In this document: positions 1-13,530 of the stretch, one piece after another
Numbering within the stretch: position 1 is the first letter of the stretch
Layout of the letters: each line of letters opens with the position of its first letter
Source of the DNA: Octopus vulgaris
Taxonomy: Eukaryota
Assembly: GCA_951406725.2 (NCBI GenBank)
Contig: OX597837.1
Coordinates: 9,052,001-9,116,000, forward strand
Length of the DNA stretch: 64,000 nucleotides
Direction: 5' to 3'
Notes under the pieces: generated by a model
Told to the model about the DNA's origin: nothing
Databases searched by the model: none
Seen by the model: the letters and a program-made list of their open reading frames with translations, nothing else
Translations under genes and position numbers: made by a program

Positions 1-75
1 CAAACCTTCAAGTTTTATGTTCAAATTTCACCTCGGTCATCTTTGTATTTCATCCTTCCGAGGTTCATAATAATG

Positions 76-305
76 CTGATCTGAACTGATTGGAAGTGTT
101 AAAATATATATGTTTTGTCTTGGTGTAAAAGATGGCCTACAGCAAATATTATGCTCAATACCACACATATTTGCTTGTCCGTTGTTTGACCATAATCAGT
201 GGAGCATGTCCGTTAGTGGGTGATGATATGTGCATTGGGGAGCATTATTGCCAAGTGTCGAAAGGGAATTTTGGGTGTCTGACTAAATCACCCTAAGAAA
301 CATGA
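76..305 (+). mobile_element. Truncated, diverged copy of the interspersed element at 881-1440, in opposite orientation
   Basis: ctgatctgaactgattggaagtgtt...gttttgtcttggtgtaaaagatggcctacagcaaatatt...gctcaataccac is the reverse complement of about 1140-1400. Confidence 0.8.
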
Positions 306-368
306 GTGTCTCCGTCAACAATAGTTTTTGTATGTACGTATACATACATACACACACACACACACACA

Positions 369-427
<59 letters not shown>

Positions 428-430
<3 letters not shown>

Positions 431-530
431 CTGCTTGCTTAGCCAGCGGGGTGGCGTCATTTGAAGGCTAAAACAATGCGAAGCGCATAGTGACCAGCGA
501 TGTGTAGCAACATCTGATAACCTGGTCGTA
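428..530 (+). mobile_element. 3' part of tRNA-type SINE (family C)
   Basis: ggcctgcttgcttagccagcggggtggcgtcatttgaaggctaaaacaatgcgaagcgca...gaccagcgatgtgtagcaacatctga matches 55059-55150, the 3' half of the SINE at 54869. Confidence 0.8.
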
Positions 531-540
531 AAAGAAGAGG

Positions 541-586
<46 letters not shown>

Positions 587-827
587 AAGAGAGAAATTAA
601 GAAATGGAGTCAAACGCAGGTGTTATTCAAATTCATTTAAACTTCCATCTATCGTAGGTTTCGGAAACAGCATTGAGTAATATCCTTGCATTTATGTGAA
701 TTTGTGCTACCCTGGAAACTATTTACTTATATGCTCTTTTACTTGTATATATATGTATATACATATACATAATAAATTCCACCACCTCCTCCTCCCCGTC
801 TTCGTTTCTTCTTCTTGGTGTTATTTA

Positions 828-880
<53 letters not shown>

Positions 881-1438
881 GAGTGAGAGAGCAGTGCATG
901 ACATCAAAGTGACACTGGGGTAAAATATACGAAGCCCAGTATAGCCATCATGACTACCCGTTTGATAAGGGGACACTAGGCACATGCATCACGACCATAT
1001 ATGCGTGACACGATGATCTCATATCAAGATAAACAGAACATGAACTTTCAGTTTGGGGCCCAGATAGAACTTCTTTCTAGTTGAGTAACCAATCCCGCAA
1101 AAAAGGTCCCTGAATAAGGGTTGTTTAAGAATGCTGAATGAAAAACCCATGTTTCCAGAAGTGAATTATTCAAACCCCAAAGAATCCCTCTCAACACATG
1201 GCTATGATGCTCCCCCACTACTTCTGCTTGTGACCAGAGATGCACATATCGTCAGCCACTAAGGGGCATGCTCAACTGGTTAAGGTCAAACAACTGACAA
1301 GCAAATCTGTGGTATTGAGCAGAATATTTGCTGTAGCCCATCTTTTATACCAAGACAAAACAACGTACATGATAACACTTCCAATCAGTTGAGATCAGAA
1401 TTCACGAGAGCCACTACCTGGTACTGCATCAGGGCATT

Positions 1439-1440
<2 letters not shown>
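881..1440 (-). mobile_element. About 560-bp non-coding interspersed element inserted in a (TTA)n tract
   Basis: Flanked on both sides by (TTA)n, second copy at 76-305, no credible ORF. Strand is tentative. Confidence 0.7.
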
Positions 1441-1523
<83 letters not shown>

Positions 1524-1772
1524 CATTATTCATCATCATTATCAGTAATATAATTAATATTCTTCTTTTCCTTCTTCTTTCTTCTTCTTCTTCTTCTTCT
1601 TCTTCTCCTTCTTCTTCTTCTTCTTCTTCTTCTTCTCCTCCTACTTGTTGTTGTTGTTATTATTATTATTAATATTATTACTGTTATTATCATCATTTTC
1701 ATTATCTTCGCCATAATACAATTGTATCTATATCTATATTCCTTGCAAGCAGCTGTAATATGCAGAAGTAAA

Positions 1773-1822
<50 letters not shown>

Positions 1823-1919
1823 TACATTCACATAAATATATGCGTGTGTGGGGGGGGGTCCGTAACTAGATGAAGGCATAAAGCAAATCTAAATGAATAT
1901 ATACATATAAAATATACAT

Positions 1920-2620
1920 TTCCTGATCAGAACCAGTTTAATCTTTAATCAATAGCTGTTACCTAGAATTTCAAAATTGTATATTTCATGGTGATATCAT
2001 TCATAGTTTGGAGGATATGATCGGATAAAGATCAAAGGAGCCGTCTTAATCGATCGAACAATGTTTAACATTTCGATAATTTACTAAACGTTTTCGTTAC
2101 ATTTATAGATTATATTCTAAACATTTATTTCCTGACCGTGGTTGAAAACTATATTTTAAAGGAAATACGTGTCACTGCATAAACCGAGCGGGTGTCGTGG
2201 GTGGACGGAATCTTCGAATGAGATTTTCATCTTGCATTCGTTTCCAAGTTCTTTCGTTCTCTGATTTACCGACGTTAATTAATATGAATTCGGAGCTGGA
2301 ATTGCTACGAAAGATTTATTAACGTTAGGATTTCAGACGTTGGAAAATGTAATGAGAGTGAAATTGATAGCGTGAACCTTGGAAACATGTTAAGGATAGT
2401 GATGATCTGTCTTTGATAACAGAGGTAATGAAATCCAAGTGTGTTTGTTGAGGGTGAATAATTGTGGTTCTTTTGGCAAGCAATGGCATCAATCATTTGC
2501 AGAAAATACCTCCTCAACTAGCTGTTGAAATCATTACTTCTCTCTTGTATCTGACGATCCTTAAATTCATCATTCCTTCGGAGGATTTGTATTAGGAACG
2601 TTAAGCCTCTTTATTCATCC
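1920..2620 (-). mobile_element. Degenerate Penelope-like element relic (RT to GIY-YIG linker region)
   Basis: Minus-strand RRYFLQMIDAIACQKNHNY...NTLGFHYLC resembles the Penelope linker motif G.KFL.LID.HFP..H.....NT.K.SYSC. Multiple stops and frameshifts. Confidence 0.45.
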
Positions 2621-2838
2621 CTAAGCTGTACCTACTAACCTATCCACGTCTAAATTGATAGAGATATGGTTATTTGAAGTTAATTGCATCAAAATACAGA
2701 ACAATCGTATTTATTACTAAATTATGTCTATGCGGCAATACTTAAACCTATAAACTTCTCGTGGTATAAAATAAATTCGGCATGTATGCGTTCATAGACA
2801 CATACATACATATACCTTGATTCTATTGCATCATGCAA

Positions 2839-3225
2839 TATATATATAAATCTGAAGTTGTCTGTGTATGGCAGGTTTGGTAGCCTTCAACTAACACCAT
2901 CTCCTCCAAGACCCTGCGGCGCAAGTTGACCAAAATTGAGAGTATGATAGAAGAAGGCTTGCTCTCCTAATGTAGAAGAGAAAATTCAAATCGGCCCATG
3001 TTAACACCAAAAATTATTTACATCAAAAAGTTGCATTTTTTCAATGAAAATCCCTATTTTTAACGATTTTTTGACTGCAATGTCGCCATTTTTCGGTGTA
3101 TTTCAACCAGAAAAATGTTTACTTAAAGAGAATAACAAGCTAAATAATGCAAAACTTTTACTTTTCAAAAATTCCAATTCTAATGAGTCGAAACAGACCC
3201 GAACAGCGCCGGGCGATACTGCTAG
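2839..3225 (+). mobile_element. Non-autonomous Helitron
   Basis: Ends cccgaacagcgccgggcgatactgCTAG followed by T, with a CCCG/CGGG hairpin about 10 nt upstream. 3' end shared with 29076-29373. 5' tatatataaatctgaagttg is similar to that copy, but the terminal TC is not visible. Confidence 0.75.
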
Positions 3226-3254
3226 TATATATATATATTTATTTATTCGATTAC

Positions 3255-3316
<62 letters not shown>

Positions 3317-3333
3317 ATGTATACATATATATG

Positions 3334-3374
<41 letters not shown>

Positions 3375-3602
3375 GTGTATGTATACATATACATGCATAT
3401 ATATTTATATATATATAAACATATATACATACAGACACACATATATATATATATGCATCATATAAGCATGTACGTATGTATGTACGTATGTATGTATGCA
3501 TGTTTGTATGTATGTACGTACGTACGTACGTACGTACGTATGAATGTATGTATATATGTACGTACGTATGTATGTATGTATGTACGTACATACGTACGTA
3601 TG

Positions 3603-3636
<34 letters not shown>

Positions 3637-4232
3637 TGTATGTATGTATGTATGTATGTATGTATGTATTGGTTTCTGAGATTTAGCAAGTTTTGTGTCT
3701 ACTCTGGTGAATGTTGTTATTGAGACGAACATTGCAACTTTTGATAAAAATAAACAATTTCATGAAGCAGAAATGACTCGATGTAAATGTTAGACTCGCT
3801 TCTGACGACTATTTTCTAATTCTTTTGTTTTCATGCTGCGACGGCTGAGAAAAAAGCTCTGCGTGCGGCATCAAAAAGAAACTAAAGATGAAAATCTGTC
3901 TGTCCACTCGATGATCCAGTTGCTGTGTGAAGAAAAAAAGATTCATGGAGAGATCGGATAATCATGTATAATTATTTCAAAGAATTTGTTGTAGCATACT
4001 ATGATAGGTAGAATTTCAGATGACGAGTCTCTACGGAAAGAAAGACGAAAAAATACTCTATTGTGACAGCAAAAATTTAGTTATCTATACACAGTGTCAG
4101 CAAAATACAATTATCTAAAAATATTTACAGACCACCAGCTTGTGAGTTCAGTTCTGCTCAATGCTACCTTTGGTGTGTGTCTTCTATTTTGGTCGGAACC
4201 GACCAAGTCTTATGAAAGAAGTCTATCGTATG

Positions 4233-4298
<66 letters not shown>

Positions 4299-4321
4299 CA
4301 TATATATATATATATATATAT

Positions 4322-4735
4322 TTACTCTTTTACTCTTTTACTTGTTTCAGTCATTTGACTGCGGCCATGCCGGAGCACCACCTTTAGTCGACCCCGGGAC
4401 TTATTCTTTGTAGGCCCAGTACTTATTCTATCGGTCTCTTTTTGCCGAACCGCTAGGTGACGGGGATGTAAACACACCAGCATCGGTTATCAAGCGATGG
4501 TGGGGAGACAAACACAGACACACAAACATATACACACATATACATAAATATATATATATATATACATATATACGACGGGCTTCTTTCAGTTTCCGTCTAC
4601 CAAATCCACTCACAAGGCATTGGTCGGCCCGAGGCTATAGCAAAAGACACTTGCCCAAGATGCCACGTTGTGGGACTGAACCCGGAACCATGTGGTTGGT
4701 TAGCAAGCTACTTACCACACAGCCACTCCTGCGCC
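4322..4735 (-). mobile_element. Near full-length tRNA-type SINE (family B) with internal microsatellite
   Basis: Minus strand starts ggcgcaggagtggctgtgtggtaag (A-box-like) ... ggttccgggttcagtccc (B-box-like) and ends in (gagtaaaa) repeats. Related pieces at 5225-5520, 6440-6849, 7780-7960, 16885-16985, 19960-20100, 58500-59270 and 61130-61940. Confidence 0.85.
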
Positions 4736-6223
4736 TATATATATATATGTAAACAATAAAAAGTGTTGAATGGTACAACAATGCTGTATAATACAAACAA
4801 TGTGCTTTATACCTGTTGTAATTTAGTCATTCATAACCTGATATGATATTACGAAGTAAAATTCCTTCAGATATTCTATATAGACCATTGTTTGTAATAT
4901 AGCGCATTGTGCGTGTGCCTGCGTATGCATGTGTGTGTTTGTGCGACGAGCTTCCTACGGTTTCCATCTCCCAGATTACAGAAGGTGACACGCAGTGGGA
5001 ACGAAATCAGAATCATGTGGTTAGGACGCAAAATCTTTGCCATGCAACCACTTTGTATGGTTATCATCATGTTAATGAAGACCTTAGTATTGATGAATGT
5101 TACCATGACGATTCGAATGACGTTGGTCACGATGATGAGCAGGAAGAGAAGGAGGAAGAGCAGGAGGAAGAGGAAAGGGAGGTCAAATCATGAGTTGCTT
5201 TCATCTTTTATCTGTTGTTTGATTTAGTCAATGGATTGTGGCCATGCTGGGGCAGAATCTTTAGCCGAATATATCGTCTTGTGGAGTTATGTATTTTTAA
5301 GCCTGGTACGTAATCTTTCGACACCTCTTGCCGAACCATTATGTTATGGGGTCATAACCCTACCAACACCGGTTGTCAAGCGGTGATATAGGACACACAT
5401 ATACACAAAGACGCAGGCTCATATATTTGTGTGTGTGCGCGCGTGCGCGCGTATGAGTGTATGTGTTTGTACGACGGGCTTCTTTCAGTTTCCATCTCCC
5501 AAATCTATCCAAGAAGATTACAGAAGGTGACACGCATTGGGAAAGAAAGCAGAATCATTTGGTTTGGATGCAAAATTTTTACCACACAACCACTTTGATG
5601 TTGATATGAATGAAATCAGTGCCGATTCGTAAAAATTCGGCGGAATTTGAACTCAGAATGTTATGGCAGGCGAAAAACCGGTAAGCATTTCGCTCGGCGT
5701 GCTAACGAATCTGCCTGCTCGCGTGTATGTGTATATATACGTGTGTATGTGAGTGTGTATGTGTGTGTGTGCGTGTGTGTGTGTGTGTGTTCGTGTGTTT
5801 GTGTAAGTGTTTGTGTATAATTGAAATTTACAGAAAATCAAAAGACGTAGTTAGTTGTATAAACAACAAGCAGGTGAATTACTTTGACGCTGGGGAAAGT
5901 GAGAAAGCCATTTATGTTTTGAGCTTACGCTCTTTAACAGAGAAGAATATGAGGAAATAAACAGAGAGAGAATAAATATCTTGTGGATTATCAATTGTCA
6001 GACTGTCAAGTGTATCTCTCTGTTTAATTTATTATTTATATATATATATGTACGGTTGAAAATTCACTTGCCATTTGTGATTGTATTTTGATAATAACAT
6101 TCCTCTTGTAATTATTTATAAATAAGTTCACACATTTCGTTTGTTTAAATAGTGTTTGGTCGCATCAAACGAACTTTTACAGGTGTGGTGGGCGAAAATT
6201 TTAGTAGTCATAAACTGGCAGTC

Positions 6224-6279
6224 TTTGGCTGAAGAGAAACAGGCACCTATTTGGCGCTTATTTCGAAACCGGTACCAAG
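6224..6279 (+). ncRNA. Minimal type I hammerhead ribozyme with canonical core (Penelope-type)
   Basis: UUGG-CUGAAGA-[GAAAcAGGCaCC uauuu GGcGCUUaUUUC]-GAAA-CCGG-UA-CCAA. Stem I UUGG/CCAA, long stem II, 1-bp helix III with palindromic CCGG loop, predicted cleavage after A6274. Confidence 0.8.
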
Positions 6280-6439
6280 TTGACCAGTATTATTTGTGCT
6301 GACCTAGCAGAGGTAAAACAGTTTTAATGTTCATCGTAAATTTTCCCTAGCAGGCCTGTAGTAGATTTCTGACTATTGTGTGGCACAGAAGTATTTTTGT
6401 CATCTATATTTAGCGATTTAGGTGACCTTGTAGTGCCCG

Positions 6440-6653
6440 CAGCCATGCTCGAGTACCACCTTTTAGTCGAACAAATCGACCTCAGGACTTATTCTTTGTA
6501 AGCCAAGTACTTATTCTATAGGTATCGCTAAGTTACGGGGACATAAACACACCAGCATCAGTTGTCAAGTGATGTTGGGGGGACAAGCACAGGCACACAA
6601 ACATATACATACATATATACATACATACATACATATATATATACATACATAGA

Positions 6654-6716
<63 letters not shown>

Positions 6717-6849
6717 AATCCACTCACAAGGCTTTGGTTGGCCCGAGGCTATAGTAGAAGGCATGCGTCCATGATATCACGCAGTAGGACTGAACCCGGA
6801 ACCATGTGGTTGCTAAGCGGGATAGTTACCACACAGCCACTCTTGCGCC
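6440..6849 (-). mobile_element. tRNA-type SINE (family B)
   Basis: Homologous to 4322-4735, with an internal (TA)n tract. Confidence 0.8.
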
Positions 6850-8139
6850 TATGTATATATTTTATTAATTTGCCTGTGCGGCTGATAATTCGTTTGCTTC
6901 TTCTGGTGATATTTTAATACCACCCCTGTTATATATGTGTCTGTGTGTTGGTCTTCGTGTCTGCCTTTGTCCCCCAAGAACTCTTGACGATCGGAATTGG
7001 TGTACCTAAATACCCGTAACTTGCTTGCCCAAAGAGATCCGACAGAATAACAATAAGTCTTCAATAAATTAATAAATACAGGGGGAAATTCGGTCGACTA
7101 AACCCTTTAATTCATTGCCCCAGCATGGTCGCAGTCGAAATCACGGAAAGAAGTATATGGTTAAAGAAAATACTTGTGGCCGTAACTGGCACCTGTGCTT
7201 GTGGCACATAAAAAGGACCCAGCACACTGTGTGGAGTGTGGTTGGTGTTAGGAAGAGCATCAGATTTCACGCAAACACATCTGAGCACACATATCTATGA
7301 ACTCACACATTTCATGATTTTAATCTCTGTTAAATCAAATATTTAGCAGTGTTGGACATAAAGTGTTTATGATTACGACATCTCATATACCATTCCGTTT
7401 TAAGACAACCTGATGTGAGACAGAAGCGATACTAGGTGCGGTTTACAACACGTTGAATCAAATCTGACATTTGATTTAAGCCAGTTGCGCTTGCTTGGAA
7501 ACAAATGGAGCTTTCAAAAGTACACAATGCAATCGTCTGCTACGAGGTCATTTCTTCCACTAGATGTAGCTGCCATCACTTTTTCAAAATAATTTCGTTG
7601 CCAGCTTTTTACGAATCAGCACTGATTTCATTCATATCAACATCAAACTGGTTGTGTGGTAAACATTTCGAGTCCTAACCATACGATTCTGATTTCGTTC
7701 CCACTGCGTGTCACATTCTGCGTGTACAAACACACACATTCATACCCGCGCACTCACGCAAACACGCATCTGCGTCTTTGGGTGTATGTTTGTCCTATGT
7801 CATCGCTTGACAACCGGTGTTGGTGGGGTTATGTCCCCGTAAGATAATGGTTAGGCAAGAGGTGTCGAGAGATTAAGTATCAGGCTTAAAAATACATAAC
7901 TCCACTCGATGATATCTTCGACTAAAGATTCTGCTCCAGCATGGCCACAATCCATTCACTAAATCAAACAACAGATAAAAGATGAAAGCAACTCATGATT
8001 TGACCTCCCTTTGCTCCTCCTCCTCCTCCTCCTCTTCCTCATGCTCTTCCTGCTCATCAACGTGACCATCGTCATTTGAGTCGTCATGGTAACATTCATC
8101 AATACTAAGGTCTTCATTAACATGATGATAGCCATCACG

Positions 8140-8810
8140 ATCATCATGACCATCAACATGGTAATAATCATTATCATCATCAACGCAACCACTATCACTA
8201 TATAAGGTTATCATTGACATCATCATCATCATAGTAACGATCGTCATCATCATTATCATCATCTCCATCATCGTCGTCATCATCATCATCATCATCTCCA
8301 TCATCATCATCATCTCCATCATGATCATGTTCATCAGGATCATCATCATCATCATCATCATCATCATCGCCCTCCTCCTCATCAGCATCAGCAGCAGCAT
8401 CATCAGCAACATTATCATCATCGTCATCATCATCAACATCGTCCTCGTCGTCATCATCATCATTATCATCATCATCTCCATCATCATTATCATCATCATT
8501 ATCATCATCAGCATCATCAACATCATCTCCATCATCATCAGCAGCAGCAGTATCTCCATCGCTATCTTCATCATCATCACTGCCATCCTGATCGTCGTCA
8601 TCGTGGTCGTCATCATGGTCGACGTCGTGGACATCGTCGTCATCATCTTCACCTTCATCATCTGTCACGCTCACCATTTTCACGATTACGACAATCGTAT
8701 CACCAATAATAACATCGACAAAAAATCACCATTAAGTGATGACGATGACGATTACGACGATGATGATGATGTGCAGCAGCACCCTCATCATCATCATTAT
8801 CATCAACACC
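8140..8810. repeat. Degenerate (CAT/GAT)n array
   Basis: Interrupted trinucleotide repeat that yields poly-Asp, poly-Met and poly-Ile ORFs. Confidence 0.9.
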
Positions 8811-9095
8811 AAAACACCCCCATACACCCACCGCCAACACCACCGTACATTACTTTTCCTTGTTGCCCCCATTCTTTAAAAGACATTATTGTTAACACAA
8901 TTGCCAGCATGCGATAAAATTGAAACACATTTGCAATATGGCGTCCATGTGTAATACGGCGATTGTGTCATGACATATTAATCATAAATTCGCACTTGGG
9001 AGTTACGAACACAACATCAATATATACATACCAATTGGCATGCATCAGAAATATACAAACATAAAACAGTCTGTGTGTACATATCTAATTATATA

Positions 9096-9135
<40 letters not shown>

Positions 9136-9290
9136 GATAATAACATTAATATATATATATATTATATATAAACATATATATGTATATATATATATATGTA
9201 TGTATATGCATATATACGTGTGCACCAACAAACTCATAAATACGCAAGCATAAAAAACAATAAGTACGTTTATATATAAATATAAATATA

Positions 9291-9336
<46 letters not shown>

Positions 9337-9862
9337 TCTATGCTTATATATATAAAGGTTTATATATACATGTATGTATGTGTATGTATGTATATGTGTG
9401 AATATAAACATCCCTACGTATGTTGCATGTGTGTATGTATGTATATATATACTCACATATATATATGTATATGTATGTATATATGTATAGATATGCATAA
9501 ACATATATATAAATATATATATATATGTATATATATATATATGCATTCGTAGTGTATACAAACGTACATATATATGTACGCACACACACATATATCAGTA
9601 CATGTACACTCAAATATATACATATATATCTTGAGAGAGAGACATTCATACGTACATACACAAACATATTTATAGATCATCGATTCTTTGATTTATTGTA
9701 CCTAGGTTTTCCCCACTGCTAACAGGAATTTCAGTGACTATAGCAGAACGGGTGCGTGGGTGGGTGGAGAGGTCGGTGTCGGTCGAAGAATTATCGGTGA
9801 GTGATGGTGGTAGGAGGTAAAGTGAACAAAATAAAAACATACATCCACACATATACATAAAT

Positions 9863-9894
<32 letters not shown>

Positions 9895-10139
9895 CTGTAT
9901 ACATATATATATAAATGTGTGTGTGTTTGTGTGTGTATGTATATATATAAAGAGAGAGAGAGAGAGTGGGGGGGGGGTGTATATTGTGAAAGAAAAGAAA
10001 TGAAGGAATAAGTAAGTAAAAAAAAATAACTAAACACAGCAGTTCTGATAAATCTCAGCAAAAAAAAACCATTGCAGAATCGCAACTCATGTTTTGGAAA
10101 CGTGAGGAATTCTAACTTCCTTGTCTGTCACTGTGAGAA

Positions 10140-10189
10140 ATTACCATTACCATTATTACTATTAGCATTACTATCACAGTCACTATCAC

Positions 10190-10241
<52 letters not shown>

Positions 10242-10366
10242 GTTATTATCATTATTATTTTTATTATTATTATTATAATTATTATCATTATTATTTTTAT
10301 AATTATTATTATTATCATTATTATCGTTATTATTATTACAATTATTCTTATTACTATTATTATTAC

Positions 10367-10399
<33 letters not shown>

Positions 10400-10458
10400 C
10401 ATCATTATTACAACTACTACTATCATTATTATTATTATTATCATTATTATTATTACTA

Positions 10459-10489
<31 letters not shown>

Positions 10490-10672
10490 TATTATTACTA
10501 TTATTATTATTTTTATTAATATTATTATTATTACTGTTATTATCATCGTTGTTATTCTTCATTTTAATATTATCATCTATAATTATTATTATTATTATTA
10601 TTATTCATTATTATTCTATTATTATTATTATACTATTATTGTTGTTATTCTTATTATTTATTATTGTTATTA

Positions 10673-10746
<74 letters not shown>

Positions 10747-10892
10747 GTTGTTGTTGTTTATTATTATTATTGTTATTATTATTACTATTATTATGGCTAT
10801 TATTATTATTATTACTATTATTTGTATTATTATTATTATTACTATTATTATTACTATTATTATTATTATTATTATTACTATTATTATTACTA

Positions 10893-10923
<31 letters not shown>

Positions 10924-10952
10924 TATTATTACTATTATTATTATTATTACTA

Positions 10953-10983
<31 letters not shown>

Positions 10984-11079
10984 TATTATTACTATTATTA
11001 TTATTATTACTATTATTTTTATTATTATTATTATTAATATTATTATTACTATTATTATTATTATTACTATTATTATTAC

Positions 11080-11166
<87 letters not shown>

Positions 11167-11249
11167 TATTATTACTATTATTATTATTTTTATTAATATT
11201 ATTATTATTATAACCACGACTACTACCACCACCACCAGCAACAACAACA

Positions 11250-11316
<67 letters not shown>

Positions 11317-11340
11317 GTTGTTGTTGTTGTTGTTGTTGTT
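10140..11340. repeat. About 1.2-kb (TTA)n microsatellite with TAC/TGT/TCA interruptions
   Basis: Directly visible. Confidence 0.95.
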
Positions 11341-11419
11341 TATGGTTTGTTGCCATTTCTATTGTTGGCGATGTTGTTGATATTGACGTTGTTGATTTGT
11401 TATCGTTTCTTTCCACCAA

Positions 11420-12165
11420 TAACAACAACAACACAACCACCACAAAGATCACCAACTACTACCATCACCAACAACAACACCACCACTGCCATTACCACGA
11501 CGACCACCATCAATTACAACCACTACCACCACCACTACTTCCATCACCACCACCAATAACAACAACACGACCGCCACCATAACCACGACCACTACCACCA
11601 CCACCACAGTCACCACCAGCAACAAAACAACCACCACTAAGATCACCACTCCTACCACCATCACCAACAACACCACCATCACCATCTCTACCATCGCTTT
11701 CACCACCACCACCACCACCACCACCACTACAACAACCACAACCACCACAAAGATAACAACAACCAACAACACACCACCACTGCCATTACCACGACGACCA
11801 CCATCTATTACAACCACTACCACGACCACCACCACTTCCATCACCACCACCAATAACAACAACAACCACCACCAACAACAAAAACAGCAACACAACCACC
11901 ACTAAGATCACCACTCCTACCACCATCACCAACAATACCATCGCCATCTCTACCATCACTTCCACCACCACCACCATCACCACCACCGTCTATACTTCCA
12001 CCACCACCACCACCACCACCACCACCACCGTCACCATCTCTACCATCACTTCCACCACCACCACCACCATCCCCACCACCGTCTATACTTCCACCACCAC
12101 CACCATCACCACCACCGTCTATACTGTCATCTCCACCACCACCACCACCACCACCACCACCACCT
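11420..12165. repeat. Degenerate (ACC/ACA)n array with internal block duplications
   Basis: caccactgccattaccacgacgaccaccatc at about 11481 and 11775, caccactaagatcaccactcctacc twice, caccgtctatact three times. Confidence 0.85.
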
Positions 12166-12379
12166 CTAAGATTGCATCGATTTCACTTTTTTTTTATTTT
12201 TGTTGCAGTTGTTCTTTTCTTATCGTTTCCTTTTCTGTTTATTTTCCGCCCCTACGACCACCCTCCACCCCTGCCCACCACCACTCCATTTTATGTCTTT
12301 TCCTTAACCATTTTCTTGTTGTAACGACTGATAGATACTAAACACCTCACCACATCGCCACTACCCAACACCACCACGA

Positions 12380-13281
12380 TTCCATCTCTCCTTTTTCTTC
12401 TTTTTTTTTCCAATTTTTTAAAATTATTTTCTTTCTTTTTGTACTTCTGTAAATATTTTTTTCTTTCGCCTCTCACATTTTCTTGTTTTCTCATGATTTC
12501 TTCCTTCTTCTTTCCTCCTTCATTCTTTCCTTTTTCTTCCTTCCACTCGTTCATCCTCTCTCCTTCTTCATCGCCGTTCCCTCGTTCTCTCTCACACATT
12601 GTTTTCTCTCTTCTTTCTTTATCTCCTTTTCTCCTTCTTTTCTACTTCTTTCTTTGTCTCATTCTCATTCTTTTTCCGTCTTTTGCCTTCGTCTTCTCTC
12701 GTTCTGTCTCTATTCATTCTTTCTTTCTCACTCTTTCTATCTCTTTCTCTCACACATACACACACTTACCTGTCTCTCTTTTTTATTTTCTTCTTTCTTT
12801 CCTCCTCTCCCTCTCTCCTTGTCTAACTCTCTTCTCTCCTCTCTCTTTCTTTCACCCTTTTCCTTCATTTCTTCCTCTTGCTCTCCTTTCTTTCTTTTCT
12901 CTTCACGCACTTTCCTTCTTTCTAAAGCATTATCTTTGCCTTGGAGTGTGTGCCCTCTTTCTTTCCTTCAGTCTCTCAATTTCTCTCTCTCTCTATTTCT
13001 TTCTCAATCACCCCTCACTTCCTTCTAACTGTTTTCGTTTCTTACGATCTCTCTTTCTGTTTTCTCTTTCTTCCCTATTTCATTTTCTCTTTCTTTATCT
13101 CTCTCTTTCTATCTCTTTTTCTCTTACTCCCACCCTCCATCCCCTCTCTCACCCTCTTTCGTTTACTCTCTCCCTCTATCCCCCTCTCTCGCTCTCAAAC
13201 ACCTTCACTTCCTTCTAACTCATTTCGTTTCTTACGATCTCTCTTTCTTTCCCTCGCCCTTTCCCTTTCTCTCTCTCTTTC

Positions 13282-13335
<54 letters not shown>

Positions 13336-13530
13336 CCAATCACCCCTCACTTCCTTGCAACTCATTTCGTTTCCTACATTCTCCCTTTCTGTCTTCCTTT
13401 CCTTCCCTCGCTCTTCCCCCTCTCTACCTCTCTCTCTATCTTTCCCAATCACCCCTCACTTCCTTCTAACTCTTTTCGTCTCATTCTTTCTATTTTCATT
13501 TCCTTCTCTTTTTCTTTCTTCTCTTTCTTT
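12380..13530. repeat. Polypyrimidine tract with four copies of an about 45-bp unit
   Basis: cacccctcacttccttctaact...ttttcgtttc at about 13008, 13200, 13340 and 13449. Confidence 0.8.

Larger units (their letters stand above)
5057..8135. repeat. Local inverted segmental duplication: arm 1 about 5057-5635, arm 2 about 7606-8135
   Basis: The non-SINE sequence tatcatcatgttaatgaagaccttagtattgatgaatgttaccatgacga...ggaggtcaaatcatgagttgctttcatc, the adjoining SINE remnant and gatgttgatatgaatgaaatcagtg all recur as reverse complement. The ORF track shows the same peptide ends (REVKS; SNHELLSSFICCLI) on opposite strands. Confidence 0.9.

Noticed and set aside
3840-4100. Possible MULE transposase C-terminal remnant (LSVHSMIQLLCEE; ISDDESLRKERRK)
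   Set aside because: Similarity too short and weak to support without a profile search
8198-8683. Asp-rich ORF resembling acidic biomineralisation proteins
   Set aside because: No signal peptide, and equivalent degenerate (GAT)n arrays occur on both strands at 17755, 39900 and 56300, so it is best explained as microsatellite
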